64,000 bases of DNA from Candidatus Latescibacterota bacterium. GTDB lineage: Bacteria > Latescibacterota > UBA2968 > GCA-2709665. Under the pieces are notes generated by a model that was given only the letters and a program-made list of their open reading frames with translations, was not told where the DNA came from and ran no database searches. This document shows positions 38,692 to 47,406 of the stretch, piece by piece. The stretch lies in contig CBDCOX010000002.1 of assembly GCA_965219995.1 (NCBI GenBank), forward strand, positions 5,088,001 to 5,152,000, given 5' to 3'. The number at the start of each line of letters is the position of its first letter. The stretch's first letter is position 1. A program made the position numbers and the translations under genes.

Positions 38692-40161
38692 ATGGCAATG
38701 CAATACCTCTCCAAGTCCAGAATCATGGCGGGTCGCCAATGCGGGAAGCGCCTGTGGCTGGAGGCGCATCGGCGGGATCTCATCGCATATGACCCGGACG
38801 TAAAGCACCGCCTGGCGGTGGGCGAGGACGTCAATGTCGTGGCGCGTGCTCAGTATCCGGACGGGGCGTTCGTCGGATACGATGACGGGGCGGATGCCGC
38901 CATCGAGGAAACCAACCGTTTGCTGGATCAACGGCCCGGCGCGTCGATCTTTGAGGCGACATTCGCGGCGCATGGAGTTTTGATACGTGCAGATATCCTC
39001 AAGCCGCATCGGGAGGGGTTCGTTCTCATCGAAGTAAAGTCCACGACCTCGGTCAGGGCTCATTACTATGAAGATTGTGCCGTGCAGGCCTGGGTCCTGG
39101 AACGCGCGGGTCTCCGGGTCAATGCGGTCCGGCTTTGTCATATCGACAACCGGTTCGTGTATCCCGGAAACGGCGACTACCGCGGCCTGTTTCATTACGT
39201 GGACGTGACGAGAGAGGTTCAGAGACGAATCGGCATCGTCCCTGAATGGATACGGCACTACAGGGACCTGCTCGACGGCGGCGAACCGCACGTCGAGATG
39301 GGATCCCATTGTACGACGCCCTATTCATGCCCTTTTATCGGCTATTGTCGCGGCGAGGAAACCCGATATCCGTTAAGGTGCATGCCGCATCCCCACGGCA
39401 CGCGTGAGGTTACGGACGGCCTGATCGCCGACGGCGTTGAAGACATCCGCGACATCCCTGAAGGCCGGTTGCGCAACGAGAGACAGAAGTGGGTACGGCG
39501 CGTGACGATTGAAGGAACGCCGGAATTGAAGCCGGAGGCCGCCCAGGTGGGCGCGTGCGGTTATCCGCGCTATTATCTCGACTTCGAGACAGTGCAATTC
39601 GCGATTCCCATCTGGGAAGTCACGCGTCCCTTCGAGATTCTGCCGTTTCAATGGTCCTGCCACATTGAGCTCGAAAATGGCGATTTGCAGCACGAAGAAT
39701 TCCTCGACACCACCGGCAATCCTCCGATGCGTACCTGCGCGGAATCGCTCCTGAGGATCGCGGGCACGGAAGGACCGATGTTCACGTACGGGAGCTTTGA
39801 AAAGACGGTCCTGAATTCACTGTCGGCGCGCTTTCCCGATCTTGCCGAAGGATTACACGGGTTGACGGAGCGGCTCGTGGATCTCCTTCCGATCGTGCGA
39901 AGTACGTACTATCACCCGGATATGCTCGGTTCGTGGTCGATCAAGAAAGTCTTGCCGACGGTCGCGCCACATCTCGACTACGGATCGCTCGGTCAAGTCC
40001 AGGACGGCGCCGCTGCAGGAACGGCTTATTTGCGGATTATCAATCCTGAAACCGATGCCGCCGAGCGCCAGCGGCTGGAGCGGGAGTTGTTGGAATACTG
40101 CAAGCTCGACACGCTGGGGATGGTGGAACTCGTGAGATTTCTCTCCCGCGGCGACCGATAA
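38692..40161 (+). CDS. DUF2779-like protein: Cas4-like PD-(D/E)XK nuclease fused to a DEDD/RNase H-like exonuclease
   Basis: LSKS..QCGKRLWL, RADIL, IEVKS, HCTTPYSCPFIGYC; LDFET, PFQWS, SWSIKKVLP, YCKLDT. Confidence 0.85.
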   Translation: MAMQYLSKSRIMAGRQCGKRLWLEAHRRDLIAYDPDVKHRLAVGEDVNVVARAQYPDGAFVGYDDGADAAIEETNRLLDQRPGASIFEATFAAHGVLIRADILKPHREGFVLIEVKSTTSVRAHYYEDCAVQAWVLERAGLRVNAVRLCHIDNRFVYPGNGDYRGLFHYVDVTREVQRRIGIVPEWIRHYRDLLDGGEPHVEMGSHCTTPYSCPFIGYCRGEETRYPLRCMPHPHGTREVTDGLIADGVEDIRDIPEGRLRNERQKWVRRVTIEGTPELKPEAAQVGACGYPRYYLDFETVQFAIPIWEVTRPFEILPFQWSCHIELENGDLQHEEFLDTTGNPPMRTCAESLLRIAGTEGPMFTYGSFEKTVLNSLSARFPDLAEGLHGLTERLVDLLPIVRSTYYHPDMLGSWSIKKVLPTVAPHLDYGSLGQVQDGAAAGTAYLRIINPETDAAERQRLERELLEYCKLDTLGMVELVRFLSRGDR

Positions 40162-40409
40162 CGAGCCTCGCACTCATAAGGAAGGAATGCTATGTCGGAT
40201 ACGCTCAGGTTCCCATCTGTGCGCAATAGTGGTTCACCATTTCTAAGTTACTCAGCCATTGAGAGGGCGTCGGGTCTGTCGGAGCAGATTTCCGATGCGG
40301 TGGTTTTGGTAAAGGCCGATACAGAAACAATCTGGGAGTCGACGTAAATCGAACGATATGTGCAAAGTCTTATAATCGTAGAAGCGAACCAACAAATAGG
40401 AGGTGTGCG

Positions 40410-41213
40410 GTGGATAACGAAGAGTACCTGAAGGAAGTTAATAACGCGCTTGCGAGAGACGAAACCCTACTCGGACGTGTCTGGAAACACACTTATCCTG
40501 TTGAAAAATCTCCTGACGAGATTTCAAAGGAATTGGACAAGGCTACAAGCGGTTTCGTCTACAATTATAGGCGTTACCTTGGCGCAATGTTAAATGGAGA
40601 AATTCCCGACAAACCAACCCTTGCCAAACAGACTGAACGCGCATTGCGGAGTTTCCAAAAGCGGCATCGAGGAGTTCTAAGCAATGGGACTGAACAGGAA
40701 CTAAAGCTACGTGAGGAAAAGTGCGCATCAATCGCAAACAACCCGGAAGAAGTGGAAAGGGAGAATGCAGATATTGAGATTGAATCCATAAGACGAATTG
40801 GAGAATTCGAAAAGGCAAACGTACCGGGAATATATCTTTATACGTATCCTCGTTATTTAAGTGCGCCGATAGAACCGTCCAATGATGATTCCACCATGAG
40901 GACATTTATGAAAATTGGTATTTCCGAGAAGAATGCGCGCGAGCGTATCCGACAACAGACTACAGGAATGCCGGAACCGCCAAAGATAATCGAAATCTGG
41001 GTCGTTAATAACGATGACGACGTAAAACTGTTAGAATCCAAAATCAAGCATCACTTAAACACGATAGGTCACGGAAGGTCCGGCACCAGACGACGGGAGT
41101 GGTTCTTGACGAACGAAGAAACAGTAGTATCGACCATCGATCTAATTGGTCTCACCCGTTTCGCTGATCACGTGAAAGAAACATCTGCAAACGTGAAGAA
41201 TGTCGGTGAATAG
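40410..41213 (+). CDS. GIY-YIG (T5orf172-type) nuclease-domain protein
   Basis: GIYLY...MKIGIS...RERIRQQTTGMPE...LESKIK...REWF; AGGAGG RBS; AT-rich. Confidence 0.8.
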   Translation: MDNEEYLKEVNNALARDETLLGRVWKHTYPVEKSPDEISKELDKATSGFVYNYRRYLGAMLNGEIPDKPTLAKQTERALRSFQKRHRGVLSNGTEQELKLREEKCASIANNPEEVERENADIEIESIRRIGEFEKANVPGIYLYTYPRYLSAPIEPSNDDSTMRTFMKIGISEKNARERIRQQTTGMPEPPKIIEIWVVNNDDDVKLLESKIKHHLNTIGHGRSGTRRREWFLTNEETVVSTIDLIGLTRFADHVKETSANVKNVGE

Positions 41214-41353
41214 CCGACGGTTCTTGCTCTTCGTCCAAGGTTACGAACACGAGGTAAGACGCTGGAAGGAAGAGAATTGAAACCGTGACCACTGCTACGT
41301 AATGCGCGGTAACATCTGCCTGGACATACAGGGAATATTGGGAGTGATTCTGT

Positions 41354-41644
41354 ATGAGCAGAACATACCGACGGCAGCGCCAGAAAGATAGTTATTACCG
41401 GTGGGTCGACTTCAATCTGGAAACCAAACCAGGACGACACTACGGGGATCGTCATATAACCAGAATGGAACACCTTTCGGCGCGCGTGTTCAGGGACGTC
41501 TGCAGGGGTGACTGGAGCGACGTGAGGGGCAATCTGCGTCTGGGCCGTGCTTTGCGGATTTGCTCTAAGCATATTATACGTCAGGAGCTTGCCAAACTGG
41601 ATCTTAAGGAAGGAGGAGAATCGCATGACGCCAGAGATGGCTGA
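41354..41644 (+). CDS. Hypothetical basic protein
   Basis: GGGAG RBS; 96 aa, Arg-rich; no motif recognised. Confidence 0.45.
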   Translation: MSRTYRRQRQKDSYYRWVDFNLETKPGRHYGDRHITRMEHLSARVFRDVCRGDWSDVRGNLRLGRALRICSKHIIRQELAKLDLKEGGESHDARDG

Positions 41645-41692
41645 CATTCCGGATAATTTCCGACACCTAAGGCAATTTCAATGAATCCCGCA

Positions 41693-41893
41693 ATGGACAC
41701 GCCCGACTTATATGGGTTCGCGACATAGGAACTCGCCCAGGACGCCACAATCGCATACAATTTATCAGAACTTGAACAGGCGTTCCGCGACACCGCTCGC
41801 GTCTGCCGTCGTAAGACTCAGCAGGTCCAGGTTGTTTGTTGGAAGCAAATCGCATCAATCAATTGGATCGGCACGGATTCCCATCGGTTATGA
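41693..41893 (+). pseudogene. Remnant of a PD-(D/E)XK nuclease (PDDEXK_4-like) N-terminus
   Basis: MDTPDLYGFAT*ELAQDATIAY resembles the PNLFxYATxELSQDA family start; in-frame TAG at 41726-41728. Confidence 0.55.
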
Positions 41894-41962
41894 TAGTCAA
41901 GAATCGAGTTTTAGGCCATCCGTGGAAGGGAGATTTGAAACCGCAATGAGAGGCACTTAGCG

Positions 41963-43006
41963 ATGAATGAGACGCAAGAACGCCTTAACCGATATTACGA
42001 AAGCAATGGCATCGCGCCTGTGGATAGCGACCTTTGTTTCGAAGATAGGTTCGAAGCATTTGGTTGTTCACAGAAATGTGAATGTCGTGTAGCCTGCAGA
42101 CTCATAAAGAAAGATGCAGACTTTTCGCCTCCGACAGACGGCGTGAGCATTAGCCGTTACTACGAGGATAGAGACTTCCACGGCTACTCAATCCCCCGTA
42201 TCTTGGTCCTTTCGCTGTCCCCGCCCGAACCAAAAAAGAAGCCTGAGATCGGTGAACCATCCAAAGAATCTCTGAACCCTCACTGGCGGGAAACCTTGGG
42301 GATAGTGCGGAGCATCCTCCATCCCTTCATTGGGGAGGAGTGTTTTCCTGAACCGGTAAGATACTGGAATGAGAACGAAAAATTAGCGGTGATTCATGCC
42401 CTCTTCGTCCACGTGAGGGCGGCGAAATGTTGTTCCAACGCCAATGGAAAGCGTCAAGAGCCTGACATTGTGTACGAGCATTGTGGAGCGTATCTCAATG
42501 AAGAATTGAGGATTCTTGAGCCTGACGTGATCATTACTCAGGGCAATAGCGCTCACGGAGTCGCAAAGAAACATGCATTTGACTCCGTGAAGCGGGTCTC
42601 GGATATCCAGGGTATCGATCCCAATCAGAACGTCGCGCATATTGCGCGTTTAAAGCTCAATCGTGCCGTAGAAGAAGGAGATGACGATCCTGTCTTTTGG
42701 CTGAAGTCGTACCATCCAAGCTATTATCGGGGCTTTTATGACCAAGCTGGCAGGAAATTCAACCATGAGAGAAAAAAGAAGGGGAGCGCAAAGCGTTGGA
42801 ATTTTGTGCGTTACGGCGAGGAGATTAGGAAATTTATCAACAATCGAACAACCTACGGTGAATATTGGGTGCGCCATCGTGCAAACCAGGGCAACCACAA
42901 GGGTTGCTCCTACAGTGTAGGGATCCGATCCACCCGGACGCACCGGTCTTCGGTCACGATATACTCGGTAGCCTGGCGTTGTTCTTGTCAGCCTGAATTT
43001 CTGTAG
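41963..43006 (+). CDS. Uracil-DNA glycosylase-fold protein; the C-terminal tail reads through a REP
   Basis: PRILVLSLSP, RAAKC, CGAYLNEELRILEPDVIITQG, SYHPSY; Cys-rich N-terminus. Confidence 0.7.
   Translation: MNETQERLNRYYESNGIAPVDSDLCFEDRFEAFGCSQKCECRVACRLIKKDADFSPPTDGVSISRYYEDRDFHGYSIPRILVLSLSPPEPKKKPEIGEPSKESLNPHWRETLGIVRSILHPFIGEECFPEPVRYWNENEKLAVIHALFVHVRAAKCCSNANGKRQEPDIVYEHCGAYLNEELRILEPDVIITQGNSAHGVAKKHAFDSVKRVSDIQGIDPNQNVAHIARLKLNRAVEEGDDDPVFWLKSYHPSYYRGFYDQAGRKFNHERKKKGSAKRWNFVRYGEEIRKFINNRTTYGEYWVRHRANQGNHKGCSYSVGIRSTRTHRSSVTIYSVAWRCSCQPEFL
42889..42913 (-). repeat. GTAG-type REP element
   Basis: Minus strand reads GTAG-GAGCAACC-CTTGT-GGTTGCCC; degenerate relative at 63251-63275. 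Confidence 0.65.
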
Positions 43007-43017
43007 TAACATTAATT

Positions 43018-43113
43018 GTGCGGATCGAGTTCGACGAGAGCGACGCCCGAAGGATCATTAGCATGAGGAGGGCAAATGAACGAGAACGACGGATCTCCGG
43101 CCCGAGGTTTTGA
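43018..43113 (+). pseudogene. brnT: Internally deleted BrnT toxin
   Basis: 31-aa ORF MRIEFD-ESDARRIISMRRANERERR joins both BrnT termini and overlaps the brnA start. Confidence 0.75.
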
Positions 43114-43363
43114 CCCCGACACCGCACCCGATCTCTCGAAGGACGGCTGGCCGGAAAAGTTCGCCAGGGCGCCCGCACGTCGGGGCCGACCCCCGAAGGC
43201 GCGACCGAAAGTATCGACCACCATCCGGTTGTCCCAGGAGGTCGTCGATCATTTTCGCGCCGGAGGGCGCGGCTGGCAGACACGGATCGACAACGCCCTG
43301 CGAGACTGGATCAGACTGCACGAAGTCTCTTGCGCTGATCCCTTCCGCAAGGCACTGCGATAG
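43076..43363 (+). CDS. brnA: BrnA antitoxin
   Basis: RRGRPPKARPKVSTTIRLSQEVVDHFRAGGRGWQTRIDNALR. Confidence 0.9.
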   Translation: MNENDGSPARGFDPDTAPDLSKDGWPEKFARAPARRGRPPKARPKVSTTIRLSQEVVDHFRAGGRGWQTRIDNALRDWIRLHEVSCADPFRKALR

Positions 43364-43535
43364 CCGGTCCATGAAAGAGCGGTTTAATCCCATAAGCCGA
43401 ACCGCCCGGGGTCCATCCCTTAACACACGCAGAGAGTGCTCTACCGGCGCAACGGGCAGGTCCCTACAATGGTGGGGGCATTCGACGTGTGCTGTGATTG
43501 CCGATGATTCATTGGGTTTGTGTGGATTGCGCACG

Positions 43536-43575
43536 AAAAACGGGGCGACTCCAATGGTGGTCGCCCCTTTTGTTT
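43536..43575. terminator. Intrinsic, possibly bidirectional, terminator
   Basis: A5-C-GGGGCGAC-loop-GTCGCCCC-TTTTGTTT. Confidence 0.65.
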
Positions 43576-43867
43576 CGGTCGTGATTGTAGTGCATTTTTC
43601 TGAGCTGGCGCCGATCACGCTGCGGACGGCGAGGCCCGTGGATATACCATAGGGACGGGGGCGGTCGTCTGCAGTGATGTGTTTGCCCTTACGATATCGA
43701 TTGGAGACGGCTACGGAAAGAAATGTGGCGTCGTATATCGCGGAAATTTACGGGATGCGATTGACTTACAGACTTGATCCCGTATCTTGTATAAACGGCG
43801 CCGTCGATCCGTCTGGGAGTGATTGGGGAGACGGATCGACCCGATAAGTGATCGTGAGGCATTGACG

Positions 43868-44353
43868 TTGGAAAAGCACATATTCCTTGCCATAGGTGCC
43901 TCTGTTGCCGTTGTCGGTTTATTGATTACCGCGGCTGGTCTCATCTTCACGAGCGGGAAGTGGAAGGGAGAAGTTGACTCCGACAGGAAAGCGTTTAAGG
44001 AATTCATGAATAGAATCGAGAAGAAGATCGAAGATGTCCTGGAACGACTTCCTTCTCGCAGGGTTGTAACTCAGGCCAGCCCGTTGCAGTTGACGGATTT
44101 TGGAAAGGAAATCGCTGAAGAAATCGAAGCTGAGAAGTGGGCAGAGGGAATTGTCACACGTTTGACCAAAGAGGTTAAGAGCAAGGGTCCTTATGATATA
44201 CAACAATATTGTTTTGAATATGTTGGAACTTTCGAATTCGATGAGATCAAGGATGAGGATCTGAGGGGATGCGCATATATGCGGGGGATTAAGCTGGATG
44301 ATGTCAAGCGAGTGTTGGCCGTTGTATTGCGGGATAGACTATTGAGTTCTTGA
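43868..44353 (+). CDS. Hypothetical protein with an N-terminal TM helix and coiled coil
   Basis: Hydrophobic N-terminus; SPLQLTDFG motif; AT-rich; start uncertain. Confidence 0.65.
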   Translation: MEKHIFLAIGASVAVVGLLITAAGLIFTSGKWKGEVDSDRKAFKEFMNRIEKKIEDVLERLPSRRVVTQASPLQLTDFGKEIAEEIEAEKWAEGIVTRLTKEVKSKGPYDIQQYCFEYVGTFEFDEIKDEDLRGCAYMRGIKLDDVKRVLAVVLRDRLLSS

Positions 44354-44540
44354 GTGGGAGGCCGGCCTGCCTTGTGCCATGTTTGATTGTGTGTCGGCTG
44401 GCTAACATAGTAAATCGTTCCCACTTGTATAGATCCCAGCCTTGACCGACACCCTACGTACCAATACGACGTAAGAGAGATCAAGGGATCCGAATCGGAG
44501 ACGAATTTAGCGTACGTACGATTTAATAGTCTGGATTGCA

Positions 44541-44580
44541 AGCAAGTAGGGCGACTCGGAGAAGAGTCGCCCTACTTGCT
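44541..44580. repeat. Perfect 17-bp hairpin (GTAG-REP-like or terminator) at the right end of the island
   Basis: AGCAAGTAGGGCGACTC-GGAGAA-GAGTCGCCCTACTTGCT. Confidence 0.75.
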
Positions 44581-44665
44581 GTCGCAGCTTTGTCCAGATT
44601 GCCGACGAATCCAGCGCAGAACGTTGCTGATATCCTGGTGATGCTCTTGCAACGTGGTTCCGTGT

Positions 44666-45427
44666 TCACTTCCTCACGCTGTTGACCATATCGCGGCAGC
44701 CGTGCAGGTAGATGCCCGTATCGACCGAAAGCGCGATGTATCGCACGCCGGCGTCGATCCAGCGTTTTGCCGCGTCGGGGCTGTCTGCGAAGGTGCCCAC
44801 GGTGAGGCCTGCCTGGTTGATCTGCGCGGTTGCCTCCCGCATCCGCTCCACGACCCGGGGATCGTGCACCTGGCCGGGAATGCCGAGAGACTGGGACAGG
44901 TCGTACGGTCCGAGGAACACGACGTCCAGGCCCGGAACGGCGATGATGGCGTCCAGGTTCTCGAGGCCCTCCACGCCTTCCACGTGGATAAGGACCATGG
45001 ACTCCCTGTTAAGCCGCTCGAAGATCTGGCCGCCCTCCGAGAAATACCTGGCCGCGCGGGTGTAGGGCGACACGCCGCGCATCCCCAGCGGTGCGTATTT
45101 TGCCGCCTGGACGAGGGACTCGGCGTCGGTTTGCGTACGTATCTGGGGGACCTGGACTCCCTCCGGGCCGATGTCCAGCGCCCTGAGCACCTGGGGCGGG
45201 TCGTTGTCCCTCACGCGAACGATCGGAGAAATGCCCGCGCCCTTCGCCACGCGACAGAGGTTCTCGGTGGTCTCGATGTCCAGGGGGCCGTGTTCGGTGT
45301 CCAGGACGACGAAGTCGAAGCCGGCGTACGCGGCGATTTCGATGAGCGCTCCGGATGCGAGGTTGACGAAGGGGCCGAGGACGACCTCACCGGCTTTCAG
45401 TTTGGCCTTCAGGCTGGTTTCAGACAT
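44666..45427 (-). CDS. HpcH/HpaI aldolase family protein
   Basis: GFDFVVLDTEH, LDIG, YAPLGMRG, FLGPYDLS; start at the ATG at 45427. Confidence 0.92.
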   Translation of the reverse strand: MSETSLKAKLKAGEVVLGPFVNLASGALIEIAAYAGFDFVVLDTEHGPLDIETTENLCRVAKGAGISPIVRVRDNDPPQVLRALDIGPEGVQVPQIRTQTDAESLVQAAKYAPLGMRGVSPYTRAARYFSEGGQIFERLNRESMVLIHVEGVEGLENLDAIIAVPGLDVVFLGPYDLSQSLGIPGQVHDPRVVERMREATAQINQAGLTVGTFADSPDAAKRWIDAGVRYIALSVDTGIYLHGCRDMVNSVRK

Positions 45428-45531
45428 TGCGCGTCTCCGCAGTGTGGGACTGATCAATGGAACCGTTGTGTCGCCCAATATAGGTTGCCGCAGAGGGCGT
45501 GTAAAGTGGTAAGACCCGGCGCCGGACCGGC

Positions 45532-45560
45532 TTGACATTCGAATGCCGCATCCGTATATA
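45532..45560 (+). promoter_or_regulatory. Sigma70-type promoter for the small ORF
   Basis: TTGACA-17 nt-TATATA. Confidence 0.55.
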
Positions 45561-45595
45561 TGGAATGTGTGTTCTGCAAAGGGAAGGAGGCCGGA

Positions 45596-45724
45596 ATGTC
45601 CACCGATCTGCGTGAATTTGCGTTACGCCTGAAAGTCATCGAAATCCTGAAGCGGTACCTGTGGGTACGGCATCAACTGAGGGTCATTCAACTCTGGAAG
45701 AAACTCTACATCCATCCGAATTGA
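45596..45724 (+). CDS. Small 42-aa basic amphipathic protein (not in the ORF track)
   Basis: AAGGAGG RBS, upstream promoter and downstream terminator; MSTDLREFALRLKVIEILKRYLWVRHQLRVIQLWKKLYIHPN. Confidence 0.65.
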   Translation: MSTDLREFALRLKVIEILKRYLWVRHQLRVIQLWKKLYIHPN

Positions 45725-45748
45725 CGGTGATGATCCGAATGACGGAAT

Positions 45749-45786
45749 GGCGCTCGGGCGGGGACGGTCCGGGCGCCTTTTTTCTT
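45749..45786 (+). terminator. Intrinsic terminator
   Basis: GGCGCTCGG...CCGGGCGCC followed by T6. Confidence 0.7.
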
Positions 45787-45897
45787 GAACCGCCGCCAGA
45801 AAGCCCGTGGGACCCGCCCCATACCGGCTCCGGTACCTCGCTTCGAATTGAATAGAGTTTGCTCTCCAACCGGCGATTCGTTAGATTTCCGCCCGCT

Positions 45898-46572
45898 ATG
45901 GCCTCCGGACATGACAGGATTCGCACGGTTTACGACCGGTTGATGGACGCGTTCGGGCCGCAGGGCTGGTGGCCGTCGGAAAGTCCGTTTGAAACGATGG
46001 TCGGGGCCATACTCACGCAAAATACGGCGTGGGCGAACGTGGAGCGGGCGATAGGAAGGCTGAAGGAGGCCGGGGCGCTCGACGCCCGGACCATGCTGGG
46101 GATGCCCGACGACCGGCTGGAAACCCTCATCCGTTCCGCCGGGACGTTTCGCGTAAAGACCAGGAGGTTGAAGGCGTTCCTGGCGTTCTTCGCCGGCAGG
46201 TACGGCGCCGACGTTTTCCGGATGAGGAATGCGCCGGCCGAACGTCTGCGGGGGGAGCTGCTTGCGATTCCGGGGATCGGACCGGAGACGGCCGATTGCA
46301 TTCTTCTCTATGCGCTCGAGAAGCCAAGCTTCGTGGTGGACGGGTATACGCGGCGGATTTTCGGAAGACTGGGAGCGATCGACCGGTCGCTCGAATACCA
46401 TGAAGTCAAGCGCAGGTTTGAAGCGGCATTGCCGGAGGACGTGGGCGTTTACAACGAATATCATGCGCTGATCGTCGCACTGGGCAAGCATGCGTGTCTG
46501 CCGGCGCCCAGGTGCGGGCGGTGTGCGTTGAATACGATCTGTGAAACGGGAGGAAGCGATGGCCAGGTTTGA
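45898..46572 (+). CDS. Endonuclease III-related HhH-GPD DNA glycosylase
   Basis: GPQGWWP, GAILTQNTAW, IPGIGPETAD, VVDGYTRR and a C-terminal Fe-S Cys cluster. Confidence 0.9.
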   Translation: MASGHDRIRTVYDRLMDAFGPQGWWPSESPFETMVGAILTQNTAWANVERAIGRLKEAGALDARTMLGMPDDRLETLIRSAGTFRVKTRRLKAFLAFFAGRYGADVFRMRNAPAERLRGELLAIPGIGPETADCILLYALEKPSFVVDGYTRRIFGRLGAIDRSLEYHEVKRRFEAALPEDVGVYNEYHALIVALGKHACLPAPRCGRCALNTICETGGSDGQV

Positions 46573-47383
46573 GTTGTGTTTCAATACCAGCACGATTCAG
46601 CCCGCATCGATCGAAGAGAAGATCCGGGCGGCGGGCGAGGCGGGATACGGCGCGATCGAACTGTGGTGCGAGGATCTGACGGGCTGGCAACGGTCCGGCG
46701 GCAAGCTGCCCGTGCTCAGACAGTTGCTCGATGACTACAATCTCGCGGTGCCCGATCTGGTGCACTTTTCGGGATGGATGGACGCGACCGATTCGGCGTT
46801 CGAAACCGAGCGCCTCGACGAAGCACGACGGCTGATGGAGCAGGGCGTGGCCATCGGCGCGCCGCGCATCATCGCGGGACCGGCGCGAGGCCGGGTGGAC
46901 CTGAACCGGGCGGCGGACCGCTTCTGCCGGTTAATGGAACTGGGAGTAGAGGTCGGATGTCTGCCCGCGCTCGAATTCCTGGGTTTCGTGGACCACGTCA
47001 ATAACGTGGATACGCTGATGGACATCGTAACCATGGCGGACCACCCCCGGACCACGGTGGTGATGGATGCATTCCACATCTATCGCGGCGGCGGGAAGGA
47101 CGAGGATATCCTGAAGGTACCGGGGGCGCAGGTGCACATTTTCCATATTGACGATGCGCCGAAAACGGACCGCGAGCGTGAGACCCTCGCCGACGGGGAC
47201 CGCGTCTATCCGGGCGACGGTATCCTGAACCTGAAGGGGATGCTGGAGATGCTGGCGTCTCAGGGGTTCTCCGGTCCGGTATCCCTGGAACTGTTCAACG
47301 AGGACCTCTGGCGGGAGGACCCCCGCGAGGTGGCGCGCATTGGAGCGGAAAAGGTAAGACCACTGATCGAGTCCGCGGCGTAG
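46559..47383 (+). CDS. Sugar phosphate isomerase/epimerase (IolI-like)
   Basis: GYGAIELW, ALEFLG, DAFH, FHIDD, DRVYPGDG, SLELFN. Confidence 0.88.
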   Translation: MARFELCFNTSTIQPASIEEKIRAAGEAGYGAIELWCEDLTGWQRSGGKLPVLRQLLDDYNLAVPDLVHFSGWMDATDSAFETERLDEARRLMEQGVAIGAPRIIAGPARGRVDLNRAADRFCRLMELGVEVGCLPALEFLGFVDHVNNVDTLMDIVTMADHPRTTVVMDAFHIYRGGGKDEDILKVPGAQVHIFHIDDAPKTDRERETLADGDRVYPGDGILNLKGMLEMLASQGFSGPVSLELFNEDLWREDPREVARIGAEKVRPLIESAA

Positions 47384-47406
47384 CAGCCCGGGCACGGAGT
47401 CCCGAA

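Noticed and set aside
40192-40347. 51-aa ORF after the DUF2779-like gene
   Set aside because: Weak RBS and no recognisable motif; possibly a gene fragment.
41726-41728. TAG readthrough (pyrrolysine or alternative code)
   Set aside because: TAG terminates intact genes elsewhere in the window, and the frame degenerates afterwards.
32900-44660. Prophage or integrative element with att sites
   Set aside because: No integrase, tRNA target, structural genes or flanking direct repeat found by eye.
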